DNA from: Longivirga aurantiaca
GTDB taxonomy: Bacteria > Actinomycetota > Actinomycetes > S36-B12 > CAIYMF01
Direction of reading: 5' to 3'
Assembly (NCBI RefSeq): GCF_042660085.1
Contig: NZ_JBHSTI010000008.1
Span: 960,001-992,000 of the forward strand
DNA: 32,000 nucleotides
Positions 18,415-29,554 of the stretch are shown here, piece by piece. The notes under the pieces are model-generated. The model did not search any database and was not told where the DNA came from. It was given only the letters and a program-made list of their open reading frames with translations. How positions within the stretch are numbered: the stretch's first letter is position 1; each line of letters starts with the position of its first letter. The translations under genes and the position numbers were made by a program.

Positions 18415-19368
18415 GTGCAGATCTGGCGCTCGCTCGACGAGGTCCCGGCCGACCAGCCGCCCTCGGTCGTCGCCATAGGGGTGTTCGACGGCGTGCACTA
18501 CGGCCACCGCGTCGTGGTCGGCAAGGCCGTCGCGCACGGCCGCGCCCTCGGTGCGCCGGTGGTCGTCATCACCTTCGATCCGCACCCCGACGAGGTGCTG
18601 CGCCCCGGCACGCACCCGGGCCTGCTCTCCACCATCGAGCAGCGCTGCGAGCTGCTCGGCCTGATCGGTGCCGACGCCGTGTGCGTGGTGCCGTTCACCC
18701 GCGACCTCGCGTCGATGACGCCGGAGGAGTTCGTCGACCACGTCTTGGTCGAGCGCTTCCACGCCAGCGCGGTCACGGTGGGGGAGAACTTCCGCTTCGG
18801 ACGTCGCGCCTCGGGCGACACCGAGACGCTGTCCGAGCTCGGCGTCGACCGCGGCTTCGTCGTCGATGCGGAGCCCCTGGTCTCCGGCGAGGGCGGTGTC
18901 TGGTCCTCGACGTACATCCGCGGCCTCATCCGCGCGGGCGACGTCGCGTCGGCGGCGTACTCCCTGGGCCGCCCGCACCGGCTCGAGGGCGCCGTGGTGC
19001 ACGGCGACAAGCGCGGGCGCGAGCTCGGCTATCCCACGGCCAACGTCGCGACCACCCCGCACGCGGCCGTCCCCGCGGACGGCGTCTACGCGGCCTGGCT
19101 GGTGCTCGACCCGTACGGCGACGCCCCGCGCTACCCCGCGGCGGTCAGCGTCGGCACCAATCCGACCTTCGACGGCGTCGAGCGGCGGGTGGAGGCGTAC
19201 GTGCTCGACGTCGACGACTTCGACGTCTACGGCCGGCACGTGGCCCTCGACTTCGTCGAGCGCATCCGCGGCCAGGTGAAGTTCGACGGCATCGAGCCCC
19301 TCATGGCCCAGATGGCCGCGGACGTCGACGCCACGCGCCTCGTGCTGGGCGACGGCAACGGTGGCTGA
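18415..19368 (+). CDS. ribF: Bifunctional riboflavin kinase / FAD synthetase
   Basis: SVVAIGVFDGVHYGHRVVVGKAV, VITFDPHPDEVLRPG, VGENFRFGRRASGD, HGDKRGRELGYPTANV, VLDVDDFDVYGRHVALDFVERIR. GTG start at 18415. Confidence 0.95.
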   Translation: MQIWRSLDEVPADQPPSVVAIGVFDGVHYGHRVVVGKAVAHGRALGAPVVVITFDPHPDEVLRPGTHPGLLSTIEQRCELLGLIGADAVCVVPFTRDLASMTPEEFVDHVLVERFHASAVTVGENFRFGRRASGDTETLSELGVDRGFVVDAEPLVSGEGGVWSSTYIRGLIRAGDVASAAYSLGRPHRLEGAVVHGDKRGRELGYPTANVATTPHAAVPADGVYAAWLVLDPYGDAPRYPAAVSVGTNPTFDGVERRVEAYVLDVDDFDVYGRHVALDFVERIRGQVKFDGIEPLMAQMAADVDATRLVLGDGNGG

Positions 19369-20569
19369 GAGCCCCGAGGTCCGTGCCACCGAGAGGTGGT
19401 TCATCCGGCAGGGCCTCCCGCTGTTCGTCGAGGAGTACTCCGCCGGCCGCGACGTCTGGACGCGCGCGGTCCCGGCGCTGGTGGCGCTGTTCGTGCTCAG
19501 CGTCGTCACGACCATCGGAGGCGCCCGCACCCTCGGCGGGGGCCTGGCCCTGGCCGGCGGGGTGGCTGTCGCGCTGGGCGGCTACGTCCTGCTCAACCGG
19601 CGGGCGGGCCGCCCGGCGCTCGCGCTGCCCCAGCACCTGGGCCTGGGCTGGGTCGGCGCGTTCGTCCTCGTCCCCTCCCTGCTCACCCTCCTCGCCGAGC
19701 GCGACCTCGCGCTGTTCCTCAGCAGCCTCGTCGGCGGCGTCCTCCTCCTCGGCCTCGTGTACGTCGTGACGCGGTACGCCCTCGTCGCACAGGTGTCGTG
19801 GGCGCTGCGCTGGACCTTCCGCCGGCTCTCGAGCGTGACGCGGCTCATCACCCGCGTGCTCCCGCTGATGCTGCTGTTCATCACGTTCCTGTTCATCAAC
19901 ACCGAGGTGTGGCAGGTCGCGGGCACGATGAACGCGGCGGTGCTGTGGGGGAGCCTCGCCGTCTTCGCCGCCGTCGGGGTGCTGTTCATCGTCGGCCGCA
20001 GCCGCGAGGAGTTCGGCGGCATCGAGGTGAGCACCGACCGCGACGAGGTGCTCGTGCTCACCCAGGGCACGCCGATCGCCGACGTGGCCCCCGGGCTGGA
20101 CGACCTCGAGGTGCCGGTGGCCATCCGGCGGAGCCAGCGGGCCAACCTCGTCGCCGTGATGGTCACGGCCCAAGCCGTCCAGGTGGCCCTCGTCGGCATC
20201 GTGGTCTGGGCGTTCTTCGTGCTCTTCGGCTCGGTCGCGATCAGCATCCCCGTGCAGGAGGCGTGGCTCGGGTCCCTGGCCCCGATCGAGAATCTCGTGC
20301 CGCTGTGGGACGGTCACGGCGTCACCCGCCAGCTGCTGCGCGTCGCGACGTTCCTGGGGGGCTTCGCCGCCTTCTACGCCACGGTCTACGCCGCCAACGA
20401 CGGCGTCTACCGGGAGAACTTCGTGGCCCGGATCAGCTCGACCGTGGAGCGGGCGGTGGCGGTCCGCCGGGCCTACGTCGCCCTCCGCCGTCGCGAGGGA
20501 CTGCCTGTCGACGTCCCGGTCGAGCGGCACACGCACCCCGTGGGCCACCACGACGAGCTCGACGACTGA
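19361..20569 (+). CDS. Hypothetical polytopic membrane protein
   Basis: 402-aa ORF with several transmembrane segments (VPALVALFVLSVVTTIG, LALAGGVAVALGGYVLL, VLPLMLLFITFLFI, ANLVAVMVTAQAVQVALVGIVVWAFFVLFG). GTG start overlaps the ribF stop. Confidence 0.85.
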   Translation: MAESPEVRATERWFIRQGLPLFVEEYSAGRDVWTRAVPALVALFVLSVVTTIGGARTLGGGLALAGGVAVALGGYVLLNRRAGRPALALPQHLGLGWVGAFVLVPSLLTLLAERDLALFLSSLVGGVLLLGLVYVVTRYALVAQVSWALRWTFRRLSSVTRLITRVLPLMLLFITFLFINTEVWQVAGTMNAAVLWGSLAVFAAVGVLFIVGRSREEFGGIEVSTDRDEVLVLTQGTPIADVAPGLDDLEVPVAIRRSQRANLVAVMVTAQAVQVALVGIVVWAFFVLFGSVAISIPVQEAWLGSLAPIENLVPLWDGHGVTRQLLRVATFLGGFAAFYATVYAANDGVYRENFVARISSTVERAVAVRRAYVALRRREGLPVDVPVERHTHPVGHHDELDD

Positions 20570-20578
20570 GGTGGCACC

Positions 20579-20622
20579 GGCCCTGACCTGCGGTTTCGCC
20601 GTCCAGGGCCGTTTTGGGCCCT
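20579..20622 (+). promoter_or_regulatory. Mutually exclusive stem-loops upstream of rpsO, candidate attenuator or terminator region
   Basis: Arm 1 GGCCCTG (20579-20585), arm 2 CAGGGCC (20604-20610), arm 3 GGCCCT (20617-20622). Arm 2 can pair with either arm 1 or arm 3 (6-nt loop GTTTTG). Confidence 0.5.
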
Positions 20623-20738
20623 CAGCCCGGCGCTGGTAGCCTGACCTCTGACGACCGCGGGGTGGGCGCCCTGCGGATCGCGACTCTCCAGTGTCTGCGC
20701 GCCCGCGCGGACCGTGACGCGCCCACGAGGAAATCTGC

Positions 20739-21008
20739 ATGTCGCTCGACACCGCGACCAAGAACGCCATCATCGCCGAGTACGCAACCACTCCTGGTGA
20801 CACCGGCTCCCCCGAGGTCCAGATCGCGCTGCTCACGCGTCGCATCAACGACCTCACCGAGCACCTGAAGATGCACAAGCACGACCACCACAGCCGCCGC
20901 GGTCTGCTGCTGCTCGTGGGTCAGCGTCGTCGCCTTCTCCAGTACCTCACCAAGAAGGACATCAACCGCTACCGCGCGATCATCGAGCGCCTCGGCATCC
21001 GCCGCTAG
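20739..21008 (+). CDS. rpsO: 30S ribosomal protein S15
   Basis: [70 protein letters not shown], full-length 89 aa. Confidence 0.98.
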   Translation: MSLDTATKNAIIAEYATTPGDTGSPEVQIALLTRRINDLTEHLKMHKHDHHSRRGLLLLVGQRRRLLQYLTKKDINRYRAIIERLGIRR

Positions 21009-21014
21009 CACCCA

Positions 21015-21053
21015 CGAAGGGCAGCGACTCCACCCGCGAGTCGCTGCCCTTCG
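21015..21053 (+). terminator. Perfect 16-bp stem-loop 6 nt downstream of the rpsO stop codon
   Basis: CGAAGGGCAGCGACTC (21015-21030), loop CACCCGC, GAGTCGCTGCCCTTCG (21038-21053). Confidence 0.85.
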
Positions 21054-21061
21054 GCTCACCC

Positions 21062-21085
21062 GCACTCCGGTAGAACCGTGAGTGC
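21062..21085 (+). promoter_or_regulatory. Second stem-loop in the rpsO-pnp intergenic region
   Basis: GCACTC+CGG (21062-21070), loop TAGAA, CCG+bulged T+GAGTGC (21076-21085). Confidence 0.5.
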
Positions 21086-21338
21086 ACGCACGACCCACAA
21101 CTGAACACGCGCCGCTGAAGACCAGCGCGCGACACCAGGGAAGATCGTGGGGCGACCGCCCCGGAGAAGCCCACAGTCGTCGGTCCTCGGTAGTGGCATC
21201 CGGGCACGTCGCCCCCCGCGCAGGAGCGGGAGCGGCTGGCAGCCCGGGCGCTTCGATCGAAGACCGGCCTCCTGCCGACTGCAGGCCTGCTCCAAGCGCT
21301 CGCCCCTCGACGTCCCACGACGTACGAGGAGGGCACCC

Positions 21339-23576
21339 GTGGAGGGTCCCGAGATCCACACGTCCGAAGCTGTCATCGACAACGGCAGCTTCGGCACCCG
21401 CACCATCCGCTTCGAGGTGGGCCGTCTGGCCCAGCAGGCCGCCGGCTCCGCCGTCGCCTACCTCGACGACGACACGATGCTCCTGTCGGCGACGACCGCC
21501 GGCAAGCACCCCAAGGAGCAGTTCGACTTCTTCCCGCTCACGATCGACGTCGAGGAGCGGATGTACGCAGCGGGTCGCATCCCCGGCTCGTTCTTCCGCC
21601 GCGAGGGCCGGCCGTCCGAGGACGCGATCCTCACCTGCCGCCTGATCGACCGCCCGCTGCGCCCCTCGTTCGTCAAGGGCCTGCGCAACGAGATCCAGGT
21701 CGTCATCACGGTGATGTCGCTCAACCCCGACCACCTGTACGACGTCGTCGCGATCAACGCCGCGTCCATGTCCACCCAGATCGCCGGCCTGCCCTTCAGC
21801 GGCCCGATCGGCGCCACCCGCGTCGCCCTCATCAAGGGCCAGTGGGTCGCCTTCCCGTCGCACAGCCAGCTCGAGGAGGCCGTGTTCGACATGGTCGTCG
21901 CGGGCCGCATCGTCGGCGACGACGTCGCGATCATGATGGTCGAGGCCGAGGCCACGTCCAACACGATCGAGCTCGTCAAGGGCGGCGCCGCCGCGCCGAC
22001 CGAGGAGGTCGTGGCCGAGGGCCTCGAGGCCGCCAAGAAGTTCATCAGGATCCTGTGCGACGCGCAGAGCGAGCTCGCGGCCAAGTCCACCAAGGAGACC
22101 CGCGAGTTCAACCTCTACCCGGAGTACCAGGACGACGCCTTCGCGGCCGTCGAGGGTGCTGTCTCCACCGAGCTCGCCGCCGCTCTCACGATCGCCGGCA
22201 AGCAGGAGCGCGAGTCCGAGCTCGACCGCGTGAAGGAGCTCGCGTCCGAGCGCCTCGCCGGCCAGTTCGAGGGTCGCGAGAAGGAGATCGGCGCCGCGCT
22301 GCGCTCGCTCACCAAGAAGCTCGTGCGCAAGCGGGTGCTCACCGAGAAGGTGCGCATCGACGGCCGTGGCCTCACGGACATCCGCACGCTGTCGGCCGAG
22401 GTCGACATCATCCCGCGCGCGCACGGCTCGGCGCTGTTCGAGCGCGGCGAGACCCAGATCCTGGGTGTCACCACGCTGAACATGCTCCGCATGGAGCAGC
22501 AGCTCGACACGCTCTCGCCCGAGACGCGCAAGCGCTACATGCACAACTACAACTTCCCGCCCTACTCGACCGGTGAGACCGGCCGCGTGGGCTCGCCCAA
22601 GCGTCGCGAGATCGGCCACGGTGCTCTTGCCGAGCGCGCCCTCGTCCCGGTGCTGCCGACCAAGGACGAGTTCCCCTACGCGATCCGTCAGGTGTCCGAG
22701 GCCCTCGGCTCCAACGGCTCGACCTCGATGGGCTCGGTCTGCGCCTCGACCATGTCGCTGCTCAACGCCGGTGTGCCCCTCAAGGCCCCCGTCGCCGGCA
22801 TCGCCATGGGCCTCATCTCCGACGAGGTCGACGGCAAGACCGAGTACGTCACCCTCACCGACATCCTCGGTGCGGAGGACGCCTTCGGCGACATGGACTT
22901 CAAGGTCGCCGGCACCAAGGAGTTCGTGACGGCCCTGCAGCTCGACACCAAGCTCGACGGCATCCCCGCCTCGGTGCTCGGTGGCGCGCTCACCCAGGCC
23001 CGCGACGCCCGTCTGGCGATCCTCGAGGTCATGCTCGAGGCGATCGACGTGCCGGACGAGATGTCGCCGTTCGCGCCGCGGATCATCTCGATCCAGATCC
23101 CGGTCGACAAGATCGGCGAGGTCATCGGGCCGAAGGGCAAGATGATCAACCAGATCCAGGACGAGACCGGCGCCGAGATCACGATCCAGGACGACGGCAC
23201 GATCTACATCGGTGCGACCGACGGCCCCAAGGCCGAGGCCGCGCGGGCGCTGATCAACGCCATCGCCAACCCGCACATGCCCGAGATCGGCGAGCGCTAC
23301 CTGGGCACCGTGGTCAAGACCACGACGTTCGGCGCGTTCATCTCGCTCATGCCGGGCAAGGACGGCCTGCTGCACATCTCCAAGCTCCGCGGGCTCGCCG
23401 GCGGCAAGCGCGTGGACAACGTCGACGACGTCGTCTCGATCGGGCAGAAGGTGCTCGTCGAGATCTCCGAGATCGACGCCCGCGGCAAGCTGTCGCTGTC
23501 GCCGGTCGAGGATGGCTCGGACGCTGCTCCGACCGCCGAGGCCGACACCGAAGACGTCGTCAGCACTGAGGCCTGA
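21339..23576 (+). CDS. pnp: Polyribonucleotide nucleotidyltransferase (PNPase)
   Basis: [38 protein letters not shown]; KH domain [25 protein letters not shown]; C-terminal S1 domain. GTG start at 21339. Confidence 0.97.
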   Translation: MEGPEIHTSEAVIDNGSFGTRTIRFEVGRLAQQAAGSAVAYLDDDTMLLSATTAGKHPKEQFDFFPLTIDVEERMYAAGRIPGSFFRREGRPSEDAILTCRLIDRPLRPSFVKGLRNEIQVVITVMSLNPDHLYDVVAINAASMSTQIAGLPFSGPIGATRVALIKGQWVAFPSHSQLEEAVFDMVVAGRIVGDDVAIMMVEAEATSNTIELVKGGAAAPTEEVVAEGLEAAKKFIRILCDAQSELAAKSTKETREFNLYPEYQDDAFAAVEGAVSTELAAALTIAGKQERESELDRVKELASERLAGQFEGREKEIGAALRSLTKKLVRKRVLTEKVRIDGRGLTDIRTLSAEVDIIPRAHGSALFERGETQILGVTTLNMLRMEQQLDTLSPETRKRYMHNYNFPPYSTGETGRVGSPKRREIGHGALAERALVPVLPTKDEFPYAIRQVSEALGSNGSTSMGSVCASTMSLLNAGVPLKAPVAGIAMGLISDEVDGKTEYVTLTDILGAEDAFGDMDFKVAGTKEFVTALQLDTKLDGIPASVLGGALTQARDARLAILEVMLEAIDVPDEMSPFAPRIISIQIPVDKIGEVIGPKGKMINQIQDETGAEITIQDDGTIYIGATDGPKAEAARALINAIANPHMPEIGERYLGTVVKTTTFGAFISLMPGKDGLLHISKLRGLAGGKRVDNVDDVVSIGQKVLVEISEIDARGKLSLSPVEDGSDAAPTAEADTEDVVSTEA

Positions 23577-23584
23577 TCGTCTCG

Positions 23585-25725
<2,141 letters not shown>

Positions 25726-25795
25726 CCCGCGATCAGGCCCTCGGCCTTCCCCGGTGATCGGGGCGCCCGCCCCGTCCGTGCGTCAGGATGGCGCC

Positions 25796-26611
25796 ATGAC
25801 CGCGACGACGACGGACCCTGCGGCGGCTGCGGCCGACGAGCCCTACGTGACGCGCACCGACTCCGGCGGCGTGGCCACCCTCACGCTCAACCGCGGGGCT
25901 CGGTTCAACCCGCTCTCGCGCGCCATGCTCGAGGCCCTCGACGCCGCCCTCGCCACGATCGGCGACGAGCCGTCCGTCCGCGCCGTCGTCCTCGAGGGCT
26001 CCGGCCGCGGCTTCAGCGCCGGGCACGACCTGGGCGAGATGCGCAGCCACGTGGGCGACGACGACTGGCAGCAGGAGCTCTTCGATGCGTGCAGCGTCGT
26101 CATGCTGCGCCTCACGCAGATCCCGCAGCCCGTCATCGCCAAGGTCGACGGCATCGCGACCGCGGCCGGCTGCCAGCTCGTCTCGATGTGCGACCTCGCG
26201 GTGGCGAGCGAGGGCTCGCGCTTCGGCCTGCCCGGCGTCAACATCGGCGTCTTCTGCTCCACCCCGGCCGTCGGCGTCGCCCGCAACGTCGGACGCAAGC
26301 GCGCGATGGAGCTGCTGCTCACGGGCGAGATGGTCGACGCCGCAACGGCTCTCGACTGGGGCCTGCTGAACGCCGTGGTCCCCGCCGACCAGCTCGACGC
26401 CGCGGTCGCGCGGTTCACCGACGTCATCACCAGCCGCAGCGCAGCCGTGATCGCCAACGGCAAGCGCACCTTCTGGGCGCAGATCGACCAGCCGCTCGCC
26501 TCGGCGTACGAGACCGCCGGCCGCGCGATGGTCGCCGACCTCGCCGGTGAGGATGCGGCGGAGGGCATCGACGCCTTCCTGCAGAAGCGCCGCCCCGTCT
26601 GGCGCGGCTGA
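25796..26611 (+). CDS. Enoyl-CoA hydratase/isomerase family protein
   Basis: VATLTLNRGARFNPLSRAMLEAL, FSAGHDLGEM, KVDGIATAAGCQLVSMCDLAVASEGSRFGLPGVNIGVFCSTPAVGVARNVGRKRAMELLLTGE. Confidence 0.93.
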   Translation: MTATTTDPAAAAADEPYVTRTDSGGVATLTLNRGARFNPLSRAMLEALDAALATIGDEPSVRAVVLEGSGRGFSAGHDLGEMRSHVGDDDWQQELFDACSVVMLRLTQIPQPVIAKVDGIATAAGCQLVSMCDLAVASEGSRFGLPGVNIGVFCSTPAVGVARNVGRKRAMELLLTGEMVDAATALDWGLLNAVVPADQLDAAVARFTDVITSRSAAVIANGKRTFWAQIDQPLASAYETAGRAMVADLAGEDAAEGIDAFLQKRRPVWRG

Positions 26612-26625
26612 GGCTCAGGCCGCGC
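26602..26625. terminator. Compact hairpin spanning the convergent stop codons of the enoyl-CoA hydratase and membrane-protein genes
   Basis: GCGCGGC+TGA (26602-26611), loop GGC, TCA+bulged G+GCCGCGC (26615-26625). Confidence 0.5.
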
Positions 26626-27196
26626 GGCCCTGCTGCCACCAGCGCTCGACGGCGAGCGCGGCCTGGTCGAACGCCTCCGAGCGCAGGAAGAAGTCGGGGG
26701 AGTGGGTCGTGATGGTCGTCGCGATCTCGTCGCCGTCGCGCATCACCACCACCATGCGCTCGCCGTCCGCGCGCGGCCCGAGCCCGAGCACGCGCACGCG
26801 CTCGACCACGCGGCGCACGTCGACGACGTCCACCCAGTCGCACTCGTACGCCGACCGCACCCGGTTCTGCTTGAGCGATCGGTCGTTGGCGTACACGCCC
26901 ACCGACAGGATCCGAGCCGTGAGCAGGTAGAGCACCATCAGCGGCAGCGCCGCCACCGCGAGCACGGTGAGCTTGGCCGGGAACGTGCGGGCGACCGTCA
27001 CGGCCAGGACCACGGCGAGCGACGCCCAGGCGGTCGTGAAGGCCAGCACCACCACCAGCGCCGTACGCCACGGCCCGGGCCGGTGCAGCCGGATGTACGC
27101 CGACTGCACGTAGTCGCCGTCGACCGGGCGGTGGCGGTCGGGGTCGCGGTCGAAGACCCGGAAGAGGGGCTTCGGCCTGCGCGGGTCGTCGGTCAC
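26615..27196 (-). CDS. Hypothetical membrane protein, two predicted TM helices followed by a PH-like domain
   Basis: TALVVVLAFTTAWASLAVVLAV and LTVLAVAALPLMVLYLLTA, followed by VYANDRSLKQNRVRSAYECDWVDVVDVRRVVERVRVLGLG. Confidence 0.7.
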   Translation of the reverse strand: MTDDPRRPKPLFRVFDRDPDRHRPVDGDYVQSAYIRLHRPGPWRTALVVVLAFTTAWASLAVVLAVTVARTFPAKLTVLAVAALPLMVLYLLTARILSVGVYANDRSLKQNRVRSAYECDWVDVVDVRRVVERVRVLGLGPRADGERMVVVMRDGDEIATTITTHSPDFFLRSEAFDQAALAVERWWQQGRAA

Positions 27197-27229
27197 GGCT
27201 CCATCATCACCCGAGGTCGGCCGTGCGGC

Positions 27230-27547
27230 CTACGCCGCGAGGCCGAGCGCCCGGAGCGCTGCGGCCGTTCCAGCGGCGACGAGCACGACGACGAGGAACG
27301 GGGCCCGAAGGAGAAGGGCCACGGCTGCGGCGGCGAGCCCCGCGAAGCGGGCGTCGAGCACGAGCGTCTGCCCGGCGGCGAAGGTCTGCACCGCGACGAG
27401 CGCCGTGAGCAGCGCGATCGGCAGGTAGTCGGACACCGACAGCACCAGGGGCTTGTCGAGGAAGCTGTGCGGCACCGAGTGCCCGGCGAGCTTCAGCGCG
27501 TACGCGAGCAGCGACCCCAGGATCACCGCCCACCAGATGGGGGTCAT
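27230..27547 (-). CDS. AzlD family branched-chain amino acid transport protein
   Basis: 105-aa membrane ORF (MTPIWWAVILGSLLAYALKLAGHSVPHSFLDKPLVLSVSDYLPIALLTALVAVQTF), start overlapping the stop of the upstream AzlC-like gene. Confidence 0.85.
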   Translation of the reverse strand: MTPIWWAVILGSLLAYALKLAGHSVPHSFLDKPLVLSVSDYLPIALLTALVAVQTFAAGQTLVLDARFAGLAAAAVALLLRAPFLVVVLVAAGTAAALRALGLAA

Positions 27548-28272
27548 GCCGCCTCCGCCTGACGCTCGAGCTTCTCGCGCACGGCCGACACGCCGGCCAC
27601 CACCGCGACGACGGCGGTGAGCAGCACGGGCACGCCCGGCTGCAGGAACGGCGTGAGCGCGAGCGCGACTGCCGCGGACACCACCGCGACCCCGATCGAG
27701 CGCCGGTCGACCAGCCGCGGCCAGACGAGGGCGAGCAGCCCGGCCCCGATTGCGGCGTCGAGGCCGTACGTGCGCGGGTCGCCGATGAACCCGGCGCCGA
27801 ACGAGCCGGCCAGCGTGGCGAGGTTCCAGAGCACGAACACCGACAGCCCGGTCGCCCAGAACGCCAGGCGTTCGGCGCGCAGCGTCTCGCCCGGCCCGGA
27901 CCGGCCGATCGCCATCGCGGTCGACTCGTCGATCGTGAGCTGGGCCGCGACGAGGCGACGCCGGCCGCGCACGTCGAGCACGGGCGCCATCGACAGCCCG
28001 TAGAACGCGTTGCGCACACCGAGCAGCGTGCTCGTGGCCACCGCCGACGACACGCCGCCGCCGGCGGCGAGCACGCCGACGAGCGCGAACTGCGACCCGC
28101 CCGTGAACATCACCACCGACAGGATCTGCGCCTGCAGCACCGAGAGCCCGCCGCCCACCGCGAAGGCTCCGAACGAGATGCCGTACGCCGCCGTCGCGAA
28201 CCCCACGCCGATCGCGTTGACCACGATCGCGCGCCGCTCGCGCGGCCACTCGGGAACGAGTGCGGCCCTCAC
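27544..28272 (-). CDS. AzlC family ABC transporter permease-like protein
   Basis: AYGISFGAFAVGGGLSVLQAQILSVVMFTGGSQFALVGVLAAGGG...LLGVRNAFYGLSMAPVL...AQLTIDESTAMA. Confidence 0.92.
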   Translation of the reverse strand: MRAALVPEWPRERRAIVVNAIGVGFATAAYGISFGAFAVGGGLSVLQAQILSVVMFTGGSQFALVGVLAAGGGVSSAVATSTLLGVRNAFYGLSMAPVLDVRGRRRLVAAQLTIDESTAMAIGRSGPGETLRAERLAFWATGLSVFVLWNLATLAGSFGAGFIGDPRTYGLDAAIGAGLLALVWPRLVDRRSIGVAVVSAAVALALTPFLQPGVPVLLTAVVAVVAGVSAVREKLERQAEAA

Positions 28273-28294
28273 GGCCGGACCTGGTCCACCGGGG

Positions 28295-28960
28295 TCACTG
28301 CGGCTCCGGCGGGATGCCGTCGTCCACCGGGCCGACGTGGTCCACGAGCCACTCGACCAGGGGCGTCATCGCGCGCCACAGCCCTCGCACCTTGGTGAGC
28401 GCGGTGCGCGTGCCCGCCCAGGCCGGGATGCCGAGCTGCTTCTCGACCGTGACCGAGCGGTGCCGCAGCAGGTCGAGGTGCGGGTGGTCCTCGGGGACTC
28501 CTCGGGGCCGCGTCTTCATGACGTCGCCGCCGAGCTCGAGGCCGCCCCTCTTCGCCGCCGCGAGCGCCTGCTGGAGGCTGGCGACGTTGGGGGAGTCGAC
28601 CGCATCGCGCCAACGCTGGAGCTGCTTGCCCTCGCCGCTGTACCAGCCGCCCGCCACGAACAGGCCGTTGCGGGAGACCTGGACGTACCAGCCCATGCCG
28701 TCCTCGGCGCCCACGAAGCCGCCCTGGTGGTCCTTGAACGGCGTCTTGTCCTTGCTGAACCTCACGTCGCGGTACGGCCGGAAGAGCGACGCCGTGCCGA
28801 ACTCGTCCTCGAGCTCGGCGAGCAGCGCGGCCAGCGGCTCCTTCACGAACGCGTCGTACTCGTGCTTGTGCGCCGTCCACCACGTCTTGGTGTTGTCGGC
28901 CGACAGGCCCTCGTAGAACTCGAACGCCTCGGCCGGGATGCCGGTGAATCGGTTCGTCAC
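28295..28960 (-). CDS. DUF2461 domain-containing protein
   Basis: FTGIPAEAFEFYEGLSADNTKTWWTAHKHEYDAFVKEPLAALLAEL...YRDVRFSKDKTPFKDHQGG...GWYVQVSRNGLFVAGGWY. GTG start. Confidence 0.9.
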   Translation of the reverse strand: MTNRFTGIPAEAFEFYEGLSADNTKTWWTAHKHEYDAFVKEPLAALLAELEDEFGTASLFRPYRDVRFSKDKTPFKDHQGGFVGAEDGMGWYVQVSRNGLFVAGGWYSGEGKQLQRWRDAVDSPNVASLQQALAAAKRGGLELGGDVMKTRPRGVPEDHPHLDLLRHRSVTVEKQLGIPAWAGTRTALTKVRGLWRAMTPLVEWLVDHVGPVDDGIPPEPQ

Positions 28961-28970
28961 GTGAGGGACC

Positions 28971-29525
28971 CTAGTCAGCGAGCGTCGCGCCGAGACGCAC
29001 CTGGCGCAGAGAGGCAGTGCCGGGGCCGGAGTCCATCGTGCGGCTGCCGCCGTCGTCGGCGAAGCCCGCCGACTCCAGGAACCGCAGGCGGACGCGGTCC
29101 TTGTCGCCGGACCACGTGATCGCCTCGGTGTACCCGTGGCGACGCAGGTGGTCGATCGATGCCGCCAGCAGGCGCGACCCGTGCCCGGCACGCGTGTGGT
29201 CGGGGTCGACGACGAGGTCGACGATCTCGCCGACCGTCCCGGCCGTGGCACCCGAGCCGCCGGCCGGGGCGGCCACGGCGTACCCGACGATCGCCGCGCC
29301 CTCGGTAGCGACGAGCACCGCGTGCCGAGGCGTGGGCGGAGCGGTGATCGAGCGCTTCCAGTCGTCGGCGACCGCGAGGGGCGAGAGCTGGTCCAGTGCC
29401 TGCTTGGGGAGCACGTCGGCGTACTGCCGGCGCCAGGCCGCGAGCATGACCGCGCCGACCGAGAGCGCGTCCTCGGCGCGGGCGGGGCGTACCGAGACGT
29501 CGGCTGCTGGGGTCTGATCCGTCAT
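28971..29525 (-). CDS. GNAT family N-acetyltransferase
   Basis: VSVRPARAEDALSVGAVMLAAWRRQYADVLP, EIVDLVVDPDHTRAGHGSRLLAASIDHLRRHGYTEAITWSGDKDRVRLRFLESAGFADDG. Confidence 0.9.
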   Translation of the reverse strand: MTDQTPAADVSVRPARAEDALSVGAVMLAAWRRQYADVLPKQALDQLSPLAVADDWKRSITAPPTPRHAVLVATEGAAIVGYAVAAPAGGSGATAGTVGEIVDLVVDPDHTRAGHGSRLLAASIDHLRRHGYTEAITWSGDKDRVRLRFLESAGFADDGGSRTMDSGPGTASLRQVRLGATLAD

Positions 29526-29554
29526 GGGGACATCCTCGTGGGTACGGTGCAGGT

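Noticed and set aside
20588-20597. 10-bp string CTGCGGTTTC is the reverse complement of GAAACCGCAG at 8135-8144, considered as a dispersed repeat
   Set aside because: Flanks do not align; a 10-mer match could be chance in 32 kb of biased sequence.
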